Assembly (NCBI RefSeq): GCF_037042905.1
Contig: NC_087252.1
Location: 1,986,001-2,050,000 of the forward strand
Origin: Lytechinus pictus
Taxonomy: Eukaryota
DNA length: 64,000 nt
Reading direction: 5' to 3'
The notes under the pieces are model-generated. The model was not told the DNA's origin, searched no databases, and saw only the letters and a program-made list of their open reading frames with translations. Below are positions 12,001-23,500 of this stretch, one piece after another. The position numbers were made by a program, and so were the translations under genes. Every line of letters starts with the position of its first letter. Position 1 is the stretch's first letter.

Positions 12001-13855
12001 CATTGCAGGTATAACCCCTACCCGAAAGAAAAATCCCCGATTATTTGTTTTCTTTATATTTTGTCCGTTCAGAACGGTTACCTAAGGACAGATTACGTTT
12101 ACTAATATGAGAAACAGGTACCATTACAAGACCAAAGTCAACATACTTATGATAAATAGACGGGGAATTGCTTATGCCCCAACAAAATAAAAACATCACT
12201 CAACTTTGTGAGATAAAGTATCAATTTCTATCTTACCTACTACACTCAAGTCAGTAAAATTGTGGATAAGAATCCCGCGGTAGTTTGAAACTCGACATAT
12301 GTAGCGACCCTCATCTTTTATCTGGGCTTCTTTGATGATCAGGGAATAGTTATTCGCTATCTCACATGAATTATCATCAGCACAAAGACCCGGCCATATC
12401 TTATCGTCCATCCATGTGACCAGTGATGTTGCTTGCTCTGGGTCGTGTCCTTTCTTCCAGTAAACTGCTAAAGGTGCTCTGTAGAACCTACAGTCCAAGA
12501 CGGCAGTGCTTCCTCTTGGTACGGTTTTGAGGAGATCTGTGTAGACGACACCATCCTTGATATCTCCCATGATACCTACAAACACCGCAAACAAACAAGG
12601 TACAATTTCAAGAAGTAATTTTTATGTGATTTTTACTTGCAAAAATTTGATCAAGGCAAACCAGATATTAAGGTTTTAGCAGTTTTAATTTACAAAATTT
12701 CCATGAAAATATTCAAAAAGATGTACTGGTACTACCAGGCATTCTACTATGAAATAATTGAATCTGAAATATGTCAACCTTGCAACTTCTATTTCCCTTG
12801 CTAAATGTTTACCCTGGAAAATGTTTCTTTTGAAATGATGATACACTGCTTCAATTTTGGTTTTACAATAACTGCGATAACTGGTGATGCACCAGTTTAA
12901 TAACGTAAAATGGTGTTTCAAAAAGCTCCTTGTTAGTATATAAATTTCACACACACACACCCTCACCCATACACACACCATGCACGCACCCTTTCCGTCC
13001 AACACACGCAAGCGCGTGCACACACACACACACCCACATATACCAGTTTGTTTTACTTTTTTTTATTCCCGTAAAAAAAACATGGTTGCCCGCAAATCAG
13101 CGTTTAGCTGTTTTTCAGCGAGGCCGTATTAAAGAAGAACAGTACAATAATACAAAAAGTGATGAAAAACTAAAAAAAATATTGAAATTTAACCAAACAA
13201 ATATATCATGACAAAACATATACGACTTTAAAACATAAACATATATAAGTTAAAAATAGAAGCATTAGCAAACATAAGTAACAAATACAATATAAGTTGC
13301 AGTTCCAAAAGTGTTTGAAACTTGGACAGAGCAGGACATATGAATAAATAATTATAATAAGTAGAAACTTGCTGTGAAAAAAATGTAAATCAAGCAGGCG
13401 TCACATTACATGCTTATGGATGACATCGCATTGTGGTAAACAGTTTGTAAGAATAAACCAATTATCTTTGACAGAGTTAGCCTTTAAACGTCGGTTACCT
13501 CTTTTGAGAACACGTAGATGAATCATACTGACATAATCTTTTTTTTTCTAAATTAAAAAAGGGGGTAAAAAAAAACTTTCACAAACATGGCTGTTTGCAC
13601 TACCAGAAAGACGAAGTTATCGTTACTGTAATCACATCGTATCATGCATATAAAATGGGACCCATTCTTTTGTAGCCAGACTCTATTCTACCAACCCCCG
13701 ATCTCCCAAACATTCACCCAGAACTAGAAGAGAAAGGCCATTGATATTCTACTTTCAATTAATAGTTTGGGAAATCGTGATTAACTCTTACCATGAATGC
13801 AGCATAGTATCATAATGATTGCCATACGAGGCCAAACAAGTAGTCGACCCTCCAT
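1..13855 (-). CDS. Gene A: Ig(V)-Ig(C1-like)-TM receptor with >=6 tandem death-fold-like domains; 3' end beyond window
   Basis: Exons 13855-13792, 12575-12237, 11947-11525, 10945-10853, 9830-9771, 9087-8836, 7258-6974, 5219-4905, 4743-4660, 4215-4000, 3744-3454, 1130-894, 23-<1. All AG/GT bounded, all introns phase 1, open frame of 894 codons to the window edge; exon-by-exon homology to gene B. Confidence 0.85.
190..872 (-). mobile_element. tRNA-derived SINE with LINE-like 3' tail, interrupted by an insertion at ~497-838
   Basis: Minus strand: A-box-like TGGTGTATTGG near 860, B-box GTTCGAATCC near 478, tail AAACGCTTTGAG...AAAGCGCTGTATAAAA. Confidence 0.7.
894..1130 (-). CDS. Gene A death-like unit, type f
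   Basis: GYELSQAD...WRSLVKCPTYNWRKALAEAVYPV...ILTG; homologous to B 29007-28774 and C 58478-58245. Confidence 0.8.
2408..2718. mobile_element. MITE with ~60 bp TIRs, GGCCC ends (Harbinger-like)
   Basis: ggcccgtattctgaagtcgggtttaacttagactcaggtttaaag ... ctttaaacctgagtctaagttaaacccgacttcagaatatgggcc; TSD unclear. Confidence 0.8.
2955..3205 (+). mobile_element. tRNA-derived SINE
   Basis: TGCTCAGTTGG A-box and GGTTCAAACCC B-box head continuing into a non-tRNA body and AT-rich tail. Confidence 0.75.
3454..3744 (-). CDS. Gene A death domain, type e
   Basis: ELADIAFRLLMTDVYPLAMALGISEDKL; B counterpart reads ELLDIAFRLLLEDVYPLAKALDISDETL. Confidence 0.82.
4000..4215 (-). CDS. Gene A short death-like unit, type d
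   Basis: VSDGEIQSITRFL...AIKTWMKK...REKLLAKLKPIG; homologous to B exon 30715-30473. Confidence 0.75.
4378..4537. mobile_element. Small hairpin MITE
   Basis: cctcggtcacatttgctctacggc ... gccgtagagcaaatgtcactgagg. Confidence 0.7.
4660..4743 (-). CDS. Gene A linker exon
   Basis: GYLVGYSSYLILEREKDIKQAHNTKHAEG; tgtag/GTATGT; 84 nt; positional counterpart in B is 31920-31834. Confidence 0.7.
4905..5219 (-). CDS. Gene A death domain, type c (most canonical)
   Basis: ISNQELQYFTSKLTGRHCHILASALELTTGKIATISDENNEHVFQTQSMIGDW...SIGRSDL fits the death-domain helix pattern; 315 nt. Confidence 0.82.
6974..7258 (-). CDS. Gene A death-like unit, type b
   Basis: EHILW...KKW...DENPVSLLSLALEKAEC; homologous to B exons 35832-35554 and 34412-34131; GTGAGT donor. 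Confidence 0.8.
7410..8481. mobile_element. Non-autonomous DNA transposon with 4-bp TSD
   Basis: TIR cagtcagtccgcaagccc / gggcttgcggactaactg; aacc at 7406-7409 and 8482-8485. Confidence 0.75.
8836..9087 (-). CDS. Gene A death-like unit, type a (SFYELW)
   Basis: KLSFYELW...LCQWK...LRTALEKAKY; homologous to B exons 37282-37040 and 35354-35118. Confidence 0.8.
9771..9830 (-). CDS. Gene A juxtamembrane exon
   Basis: GSGNDDIEEGYPLMETKEIKG, 60 nt, phase 1-1; similar to B exon 37994-37929. Confidence 0.7.
10374..10660 (+). mobile_element. Interspersed repeat with CACTGT end; inverted copy at ~44870-45163
   Basis: Shared gcagcagagtctcgagaacacctgt...ggaaattggtatttggtgtat sequence. Confidence 0.7.
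10853..10945 (-). CDS. Gene A transmembrane exon
   Basis: VIPLASLGVVTVIGASIFMIWL followed by basic RRHRRK; aacag/GTAAGT; 93 nt; not in the ORF track. Confidence 0.85.
11525..11947 (-). CDS. Gene A Ig C1-like domain plus Ser/Thr stalk exon
   Basis: LNCYASGFYP...NDDET...YVCVAS then EESTTMTTMPP; cacag/GTAAAG; 423 nt. Confidence 0.88.
12237..12575 (-). CDS. Gene A Ig V-type domain exon
   Basis: VLDC...VYWKKG...YSLIIKEAQIKDEGRYICRV (C, W, DxGxYxC); tgtag acceptor, GTAAGA donor; 339 nt. Confidence 0.92.
13792..13855 (-). CDS. Gene A exon 1, signal peptide
   Basis: gcaacATG; MEGRLLVWPRMAIIMILCCIH-G then GTAAGA donor; phase 1 fits the next exon. Confidence 0.75.
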
Positions 13856-14141
13856 GTTGCCTCTGAGAATGTAGTGTTCGTCCTGTATTTATTCTAGTTG
13901 ACTCATAACGGGAATAAGATTATATTTGTCTATTCGCATTATTTGATTACTCCTTTCAAAGTTCTATGGGGCGGTGTTCCCATAAAGCATTATGTGGCCC
14001 ACCTTTTGCTCTCGGGGTGTGATTTTACTGATGACCTTTTATTGCTTGTCAAAGAAGTTGAAATTATCATCTTGACTAAAATGATTGAAATGAGCCCTAC
14101 GAAATGTCTTGAGTGGTGTTCTTCGAGTAAACAAATGAATA

Positions 14142-14337
14142 CATTCTTAAAATTTTGGGCAACATACTATCCACACAACAATTTGTTAAAAAATTATCAA
14201 ACTCTGGGTAGTTTTCAACCAAAACTTTGTAGTTTTCACCCAAAGCACATATTATTGGTTTAAAACTACCCAGAATTTGATAAAGTTTAAACCAATTGTT
14301 GTGTGGACAGTATGTTGCCCAATATTTTTAAGAGTAC
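14142..14337. mobile_element. Hairpin MITE just upstream of gene A
   Basis: ttgggcaacatactatccacacaacaatt ... aattgttgtgtggacagtatgttgcccaa. Confidence 0.7.
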
Positions 14338-14360
14338 ATAGAGAGGATAAACTGCCACCA

Positions 14361-14490
14361 CGGGCCCGTAACACAAAGCTTAGCAATGATCGTAGAATAT
14401 CTTTACGATTGATTGCATTGACTACAATGTACAATCAATCTTGAAAATCAATCGTACGATCAATCGCTAACCTTTGTGTTACGGGGCCCC
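14361..14490. mobile_element. GGGCCC-ended MITE containing the duplication boundary
   Basis: gggcccgtaacacaaagcttagc ... gctaacctttgtgttacggggccc; only its right half is present at 50806. Confidence 0.7.
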
Positions 14491-17400
14491 TGTGTATACC
14501 CACTTTGTCTAAGTTATGTTTGGCCTAAATCCACAGGGTCTAAAAGTTTATCTACAGACAAATCGTGTATAAAACATTTGTTCTTGTTGCCGTTTAGCTC
14601 ATTAAAAAAATTATCTATGTAGACTACAACACGTATCCGATTAATCTACACCACTTATGCGATTAGACGATCTGTGTATGGACAAATCATAGAGTTACAG
14701 AAGTAGTTGGGTTAGTACTAATGTAGTAAAATTCGTGGTAGTCGGTAGTAGTAGCATCAGTAGGAGTGCTGAATTTTCTAATTCAAATTTTAACTAGACA
14801 AATCATCAATCCAAAGTGCAGTCACTTCATTTTTTAGTGTGTGAGAGAGGGAGACAGATAGGGAGAGAAGGGGAGAAAGGGAGACAGAGAGAGAGAGAGG
14901 GAGGAGAGGGGGGGGGGGGGGCAGGGAGAGAGAGGAAGAAGACGGAGTACCAAATGCACGTTTGTTTGTATATTACTATGTCACGACATTGTACGAAAAT
15001 TATTCATATATTTGTATTTTTATCATACCAATAGGCGGTAATGAACACTTGACCTTAATACCCATGATATAGCTCGTAATGAGCGTAAATGATTAACGAA
15101 ATCAGCAGACATAATGCTCCTATACAAATACGAACATCGTAAACTATATGATATCAACTTGTTAAATCAAATAGTATTTATGATTCTGTAAGAGTCAGTG
15201 TTTGCATATATAATGTATATCATGTACACGTAATAGTGCTAAATATACCTATTGATTCTAAAATAAATTTCACCTTCTTTTCTCTTGCTTACCTCTCTTC
15301 TTCTTCTTTTTCTCCTTTATTATGTTTCCTATAATCCTCCTCCTCAATATTATCGATTTTATTATTCTCATTAATATTATCTTTACTATTAATATTATAA
15401 TTATTATCATTATCATTATTATTATCTTTGTCATTTAGAATAAATATATAATCCTTTGTTTATCAATTTTTTAAAATCATTTTATGTAGTTATCTCTTCA
15501 CTTATTATTATAAGGTTCTGTGTGTGTGTGAGGGTGTGTGTGTGTGTGCGTGGGGGGGGGGGCTTTGACAATGAAGCAACCACCCTTTCCCTGTGTATTA
15601 TCATTTATTAATTTGACAAATACAGCGTATCATTTATGCAGAGTATAGTATCATGAAATAAGATTGATTGAATAAGCACACGTGTCAATTACGTATTTTT
15701 TTCAAAGAACTTTAGCATTCAATTATCATTAAAGTTATACGAATTTATAGAACAATAATAACATACTCATTTAAATATTGCCTACTCATATAAATAAGGA
15801 CCCCCAAAACAATAAATGAATAACAATAAAAAAGCAGCATAATGATAATAAAAGCCTGAAAGGATTTGTTAAGCTTAATGTTCACTACTGCATTACTGAT
15901 AATTGTGAAATTATACTGACGTAGCACATTCCCTTTCCCTCCTTGGTAAAGATATCGAAAAAAAAATCATCGTCTTATAATAATGACATTTTTCATTTTC
16001 ATCTTTATTTTACAAACATTATCATTTTTGCCAGTACTCGTTTCGATTGCAACATCCAACCAGATGGTGTCGAACCATTCTTTTCACTTCTGAATCTTCG
16101 CTTTCTCTCTCAGTAGCTTTGATTATATCTCCTAGAACCGCCAACCATGTTGAATACCGCATACCGGGAATGATTTTGTTGTTAGGCTAGGAAGACCATA
16201 TACGGTAGGTCCTACTTCTCACTCATTAAGTTCGTATATGCAGTTATTCTACCTCTTTCCAGTATTTCCAGTAATACAGGCATTCCAGTATTTTTATTAT
16301 CTCAGTCATTCCAGTACTTAAGTATCTTACTCATTCCATTATTTTCAATATCTCAGTATTCCCAGAATTTTACAGCATCTCGGTAATTTCAGTATGTCAC
16401 TGCACTCATTTCAGTCCTTCTAACATTCAATGATAATACATGAGAACTTATAAATGACAGATCTCAACGAAATAAGTACATTTGTAGACATTTACTGAAT
16501 CATGGTAATTCTATCGCAGCAGGTAACCACTCTTGATAAAATATGGTCAGAATATGGACAACCTTTCTAACACAGTCAAGCATAGTGTTAGGTAAATATT
16601 CTAACATGTAACAAGTTTGCATAGTCTGGCTTCACAATTTCTGAGGCCGCTTGTCGGGCAGTATGATTTGTGCTTAGTTAAGGTCATAAAACAAAGTTTT
16701 CAGCGACAGTAAAGGTTATTGTCTTATCTTCTTTTTAAAAACCAAAATCGTGGAAAATAATTAAAAATACATATTTAGCATTATCATAGGTTTCAAACGT
16801 CGTTATTTGTCAGCAAATACAGTACTTAATTGCAATTGAAAGAAAATGCATACGTAGTAGATTACAAACAAATACAGAATTTCCCTATGCAATTATATAC
16901 AGTACATGTATACAAAACTTATCCTACGCTCTTCACCGTTCAGAAACCATGCGGAACATGAATCAAACCGTTCATTTTATTACGATATGCATGTATGTAC
17001 AGACTCACACAGATACACGAATACACCCCCACACACATTACACATGGCCCTGGGAACGTTTGTTTTTTGGTGGGGGCGCCGAAGTGTTGATATGACATGC
17101 TAAAAAAACGTTTTCACTCCAAATTGAAAATTGACAAGCACAAAAAAAAAAGGTTCTCAATCAAAAATGAAGGTCGTTTTGGTCCCAAGAAATATGACAA
17201 GCGCAAAAAGGGTTTAAACACATAATGATTGTCTTTTTACATACGTTTCTCAAATTCTAGAAATCATTCTATATACCAGCATTCCAGGGGGTGCTGCCTA
17301 TGGGAAATAATACACGCAGCACCCCCGCTGCCCAGGGCCATGTCCACACACATACAAATCACATAACATATCCTACACACCACCACCACCCTCACACATC

Positions 17401-19344
17401 CCCATATTCATACATTTTGTGAAGTGCTGCAAAATCAGGCAAGCCATTTTGAAGATGAACAATGTGACCGTTGGCTGTTGGTGATCAACGAAAAACATAA
17501 CCATTGAGAATTGGGAAATAGGAAATGTAAACACTGCTTTATGTGTTTATGAATAATTTAAGACGCGCGTGTCGAGGTGGGTGTATGGGTGGTGTGTGTA
17601 TGTGCGAAATAGGTGATGTGTTATTTGTGGGTGTGTGGTGTGTGTAAAGGTGTGTGTGTGGGTGGAATAATGGTTAGATGTCTTTCTGCCTGCACACAAG
17701 TTACTTTTCACACTATGTTCATTCCTCACTTGGCGCAACTGAGATTTGTCCACGTTTTGGAGGTCCATATGGAAATGGTATCAAAATTTGCGGGGAGATT
17801 AATTATATCAGGGAATATCTATAGTGATTAAATATTCATCCTTCAGACGAGACGACTTTAAACTGATGTGACATTTTTTTTTACTCACTATGGATAAAAA
17901 AACAACAACAACCTATTAAAATAAAATTACTGATTTTGCATCCCAGTAATTTTGTCAACTTTAAAAAATTGCAATATGCAATATGATGTCAATATTTGTT
18001 TAAAAAGCATTGGAAAACATTATCAAACTACTAAACGTAACATAAATTTACATATAAGAACTTAAAAATAGTGACAAATAGCTGTTTATAATTAATCATA
18101 ATAAATATTAACATTCCATATCAATTTTATCAATAGACCGATACTCCGATTAATACTAGAGAAATATAATTTTCATTACAATGCCGTTCTAAAGATGAAC
18201 CAAACCTTTTGATAGAATAAGAATGGCTCTTCAAAACTAGGTAGCAATGCTTAGCGTGCGTTATGGAAAATATGTTCTAAAACAATTCACATTTCCTTTA
18301 AAAATAGATCGACACTCATGTTTACATATTCATATAATACGTCTGTGAACATACTGACAAGCATATCTGGACAATAAAGAGGTCGGTTCTACTGTGACTA
18401 ATCGATGATAATACTTGACTCAGGAGTCTTTGTTGTTGATGTCGCTTCGGTTCTCTTTATTCTCTTATACTTACTGTAAATTTTTACTATACAATTTAAT
18501 TTCTGGTTTGATCATTAGATCATGTACAGCTCAAAATGTCGGGAGCCCTGCTTTTATTAGTGATTCTAAATGTTGCCAACACTCACCACTACGTTTACAA
18601 GTTTCCGATGCAATTTTCTCTACGTTTCTTGTCCCCCAATAATAGCGAGTTTTCGCAAACCTCTGGAACGCGACATTAGGATCCGGTAACACAAAATTTA
18701 ACGATTAATCACAGACTCGATTTTCAAGATTGATTGTACATCATAGTCAATAGAATCCAACGTAGAAAGTGTTCCACAATAATTGCTGAGCTTTATATTA
18801 CAGGCCCTATAAATCTGCTTTTCGTGTGCAAAATTCTTTCATGCGATACCAGCATGCCATTCCAAATTGTCAAAATCCCGCTTTCATGCATGTACGACTG
18901 GTCATCATAGCATACGCCCGCCTGAGCTCGTGGCAGGGCTGTACTATCATGACTATCATGACTCCAGCTGGCTGGAGACATGCGAATCGTATATTATGAC
19001 ATGGATATTAAAGAAAGTAGTTTTTCAAACAAATCGAGTACATATTGAGTGAGGAGAAACTTACTGAATTCAAACTTAGATATAAATCAATACAGTCCAT
19101 CGAATCGATGTTGCATCTAATGTGGATTATCGGTGGATCTCTGGCAATTGATTCCATGGTCATATCCAGCTAAACCATTTCGCATGTGTTGATATGTACA
19201 CAGCGTATGCAATAGGCCTATCGGTCTGAAAACCATCCGACTTTGCGGTTTTTTCTTTTCCTTGCTCCTTCTACACAAACGATATGCCTCTATGGGCATT
19301 ATGTTTTACTTTCCCCCCAAATGGGGGATTAGACTCAAATTTTC

Positions 19345-19632
19345 GGGGGACCACTTCCATTGACGAGTGGATACCAGGCGCGACCATGGGATTTCGAAAA
19401 GCACCATAAACAGGGAAGCAAGTCTTTTCCAGATTATGAAAATGCATCTCTTAACAAGTATTTGGCTTGTGAAACCCTACAAGTATTATATCCCCTTTTC
19501 AGTATTTTAAACATCGTTTTGACACCCTTATAACGTTACATATAGGCCTATACGTAGGTACCTGCCCACTCTTTCCCTTTTTTACGCGTGGTCGCGGCTG
19601 ATATCAACTCGTCAGTGGAAGTTGCCCCCCGG
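19345..19632. mobile_element. MITE, same family as 43030-44140
   Basis: TIR ccacttccattgacgagtggatacc...gcgcgacc at both loci. Confidence 0.65.
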
Positions 19633-20030
19633 GCGGCCTCTTGAGCTCTGGGAGGTACCAAATTTGGCTCTGGAAAGTCGTCCTAAATCGGATTTATCGC
19701 TGTTACCATAGTAGCAACCATAATTTTGCACACGAAACGCAGATTGAATGTTTTCCGTTGCAGATGCGGAACGAAAAAAATTATCATGTCACACAACTTA
19801 CATTGCAGAACAGTGTTTTACGACCATGACGACGGGCCCAAAAGTCCCTTCCAAAATCAATATACCGTCGTAAAGTCCATCTGCGTTGCAACAGCGAAAA
19901 ATGGGGAATAATACCATGGCGCAGTAGTCAATGAATGCATTTTCTTACTAAACAGAATTTCAATTTGGCATTTTCCGGCCGTTAGGATTTGAATTTAAGT
20001 CTAGCACCCTCTATAGGCTATGATTTGATT

Positions 20031-20036
20031 TTTATT
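20031..20036 (-). promoter_or_regulatory. Candidate polyadenylation signal of gene B
   Basis: AATAAA ~340 nt after the stop, retained in C near 54150; common by chance in AT-rich DNA. Confidence 0.3.
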
Positions 20037-20370
20037 TGTTAATGGCGTTTGATCACTTACCTTACATACCTAGTAATTTGATATTAGAAAGCTGCTCAAT
20101 TTTCAACGTATTTTATGCTTGAGAAGGTTTTTTATATGAACAAGAAAAAAATATACGTAGATGTTCTTTTCTGATCGGGCATCCACTCGAACTAAACTCT
20201 GAATGATGCAAAATCGGTAAATTTTACCCAACAAAAACACATATTTTTAAAGATTATATCTTTCACACCACTACCCTTTCGTGGAACATGAATTAAAATA
20301 ATCTACCAATGAAATTCAATAGTGACATTCACGTTTTTTCTGGGGGGGGTACAAACAATAACCACAGGTT

Positions 20371-20594
20371 TTAATTTTTTCCGTCGTGATCTGCATGGTC
20401 TTCCTGGTGTGATTTTGACATAACACCTGCTGATGTGTCTTGATCGCTGTTATTGCGTCCGATGTCTTTATGGTCCTCATCGACCTTTAGCTTGGATGTG
20501 TTTTGATGGTCGCGATGTAAGCTTTGACCATGCGGTCCATTAAGGGAGTTTGCTTTGTCTTTCTCTCTTTGCTTCTTGGACCTCGGTGTGAAAC
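20371..20594 (-). CDS. Gene B terminal exon, hydrophilic tail
   Basis: ataag acceptor; GFTPRSKKQREKDK...DHDGKN*; open in the phase-1 frame in both B and C. Confidence 0.72.
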
Positions 20595-23500
20595 CTTATG
20601 AGAAAAGACGTAGAAATACATTACGAATGTCGAGATTATATATATTATTGTATCACAAATTTGAACATCATTATTATTGTCATCATGGTCATATGTTTTC
20701 TTACAACCGCGTAGCCAGATTTCATTTTGGAGGGGGCGGTAAATGCACGCGAAGCGTGCCAACACTTACAGAGCGCGCGAAGCGCGCTCCCTAGGGGGTG
20801 GGTGCAGGGAGGGGGAGTTTCCCCCTCCCTCGCGAAGCGCGAAGCTTTCGGTGTTTCATAAATTAAAATGAAAAGGAGCCGTTTCTCTTGTCTCTAGTAC
20901 TTATATCAGCCCCAATTTAGTTGACTATATTGTGATTTTGAACCTTGTTTTCAAAAGTGATTGTGAACGCACAAAAAACGGATAAAACTAAAATAATATT
21001 GACCCCCCGCGAAGCGCGGAAGCTAAAGCGTTTTATCATTTTTTTAAAGAAAAGGGTCCCGAGAAATGGGTGTTCTCTAAGTTATCAGTATTGAATACTT
21101 CCCTTGGAAAGTTCAGATTTGATTACAAACAATTTCGCGACAGTTAAACTCGCAAAACAGAGGAGAAGAAAGATATATGCCGGGAGGAAGATATTCCTCC
21201 CCGCGCAGAGCAATGAAACTCTGAAATTTCAAAGGGCGGACGTTTCGTAAATTGTTTTCCCTCTTTGATTATTGAACTTCATTGCAAGGAAAATGGTGCG
21301 CAAAAAGTTGAAACTTCTGTCATTTATTGAAATTATATAAAACAGGATGATGTATAACTTATCCTCATGCGCTTCATTTTGAATGATAAAGAAATTTAAG
21401 TGTCATTCAAAATTTCAAACTGAGGGCGCAAAACAGGACAGGAGATGAATATGTAGGAAATTGACATGAAGTTAAGTAGAATTAGATAAAAAAAAATTTT
21501 GTATTTTTTTAATTTAATACGACACGAATTTTATAACTTCCTCTTTTAAAATTAGAAACCTGTTTGCCCCCTTATGGTTGTTTAGTAATGAGCTGAACAG
21601 TGGGAGAAGTTGCCTATATGGAGGTGACGGCAGAAATTGATATAAGAAATTTACCCACCCGGGGCCGACCCGACCAGAAGTTGCGCGACCAATAAAAAAA
21701 AATATAACTTCATATACTTCGGTCTATCCTTACTCTAATTGCATGCCCTAATGTATATATTTGAACTTTAACTGGTAAGAAACACATATAGCTGAGGTGG
21801 AAAAACAGGGTTAGAGAAAGGGTGAGGAAAACAAAGGAGAACTGCAATATTGCCATTTAACCGCGCGCAGCGCGGAAGCAAAATTCATATATATAAATTT
21901 AGAGCAATTAGAGTGAAGGGGTTTCTTTTTTTTTGAAAAAAAAAGAATAAAAGGAAAGCCCACAAAGCTACCTTTTTCCCCTTTCCTTCCTTCGGTTTTC
22001 CTTTTCTCCTCTCTTTTTTCCCTTCTTTTTTTTTTTTTTTTTTTTTTGGGGGGGGGGGGGCGTCCGCCCCCACCCTGGCTACGCGCCTGTTTTCTTAAGG
22101 TAAACTCCATCAGCGGTTTGTCGTTTATTTGCAAAACATACCTTATACTCCGGGTCACAATTTAACTAGATCTTATTACGTATGATTTGAAAACATGCGT
22201 GAAGTGGCACGTAAGAGAACTTTTGAGTGACAAAACAAAATTGAAGAATAGACGTATTTCTAGATAAGACGAACCAAGGGCATTTGTATAGACTTAAAGG
22301 AATGCTCCAGGCTGAAGATATTTATATTGCAATAAATAGAGTAAAATTCACATAGCAAAATGCTGAAAATTTGATCAAAATCGGATAACAAATAATAAAG
22401 TTATTGCATTCTAAAGATTTGCGTTATTTCGGTGAAACAAATCTAGGCATGTCTTCATGAATATTCATCAGGTGGGCTAATGATGTCATATCCCCACTTG
22501 TTCTTTTGTATTTTATTATATAAAATTAGGTTTATTGAAAATATTTCTACCAAGAACCAAAACGATTGGATTGACAAGTGATTAAGTGCATTAGTTATTT
22601 ATTACTGTAACCTATTTTATCACAATGTAGACACACCATTTACACATGTATGGAAAAAAAAATCAATTATGACTTAATGTAATTGTAGTGTCTAGGAATT
22701 AGACTAGCGAGAATAGTGCCACGGATTTGTAAAAAGTGTTATTACGCAGGAAAACAGATTATACAAGTGAACTGTGTTATCATGTAAAGAAACCGTCTGC
22801 GATGTCATTATTTGTTAGTCGTGTGATTAATTATGTGAATAGTGATCCTACTGAGACGTCCAATGTTACAGTAATAACATGAAAAAAAATATTGTGGGGA
22901 TGTGACATCATTAGCCCACCTAATGAATATTAATGGTGACGTGCATATAACCGTTTTCACAAAATATTTCTAAACTTAAAAATTCGATAACTTTGTGATT
23001 TGCTATCTGATTTTGATGAAATTTTCAGCATTTTGCTCTGTGAAGTTTACTTTATTTATTTAGATATAATTATTCTCAGCCCGGAGCATCCCTTTAACGG
23101 CCAATGGAAAACCGACATGTACTTTATTTTTACGGCGAACATTCGAACTCAGCATGAAAGTCCCAATGGGCCATCTTTGAACTTTTGAACTCTTGCGAAC
23201 TTGGTAATACACGCAAAGGTTTAATTCGTACATAGATTAGTCATCGTAAGATAAATGAATATATCAAAGAAAAAAACCTAGAACAAAATGATTTCTTCTC
23301 TTATTTTTAACATTGTGCTATTTAATCATCTAATTATCGATAAGCGTAAATTGCTTTAATTTCCTATTCAGTTTAAATATTATACTCCACAAAAGTTGCC
23401 GTTCCTAACTTAGGTATAAAGAAGGTAAATTTCGTGGCACAGAAGTGACATAAATCATGTAAATACGTTTTAATATGTTCCGTACCGATAATTATTTCCA

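Noticed and set aside
18528..18640. Short minus-strand ORF shared with ~53810-53920
   Set aside because: Similarity is explained by the duplication; no splice acceptor or recognisable domain.
20487..20765. Listed ORF frame (KAYIATIKTHPS) as the terminal exon frame
   Set aside because: Wrong phase for the upstream exon and it stops early in B; the phase-1 frame is open in both copies.
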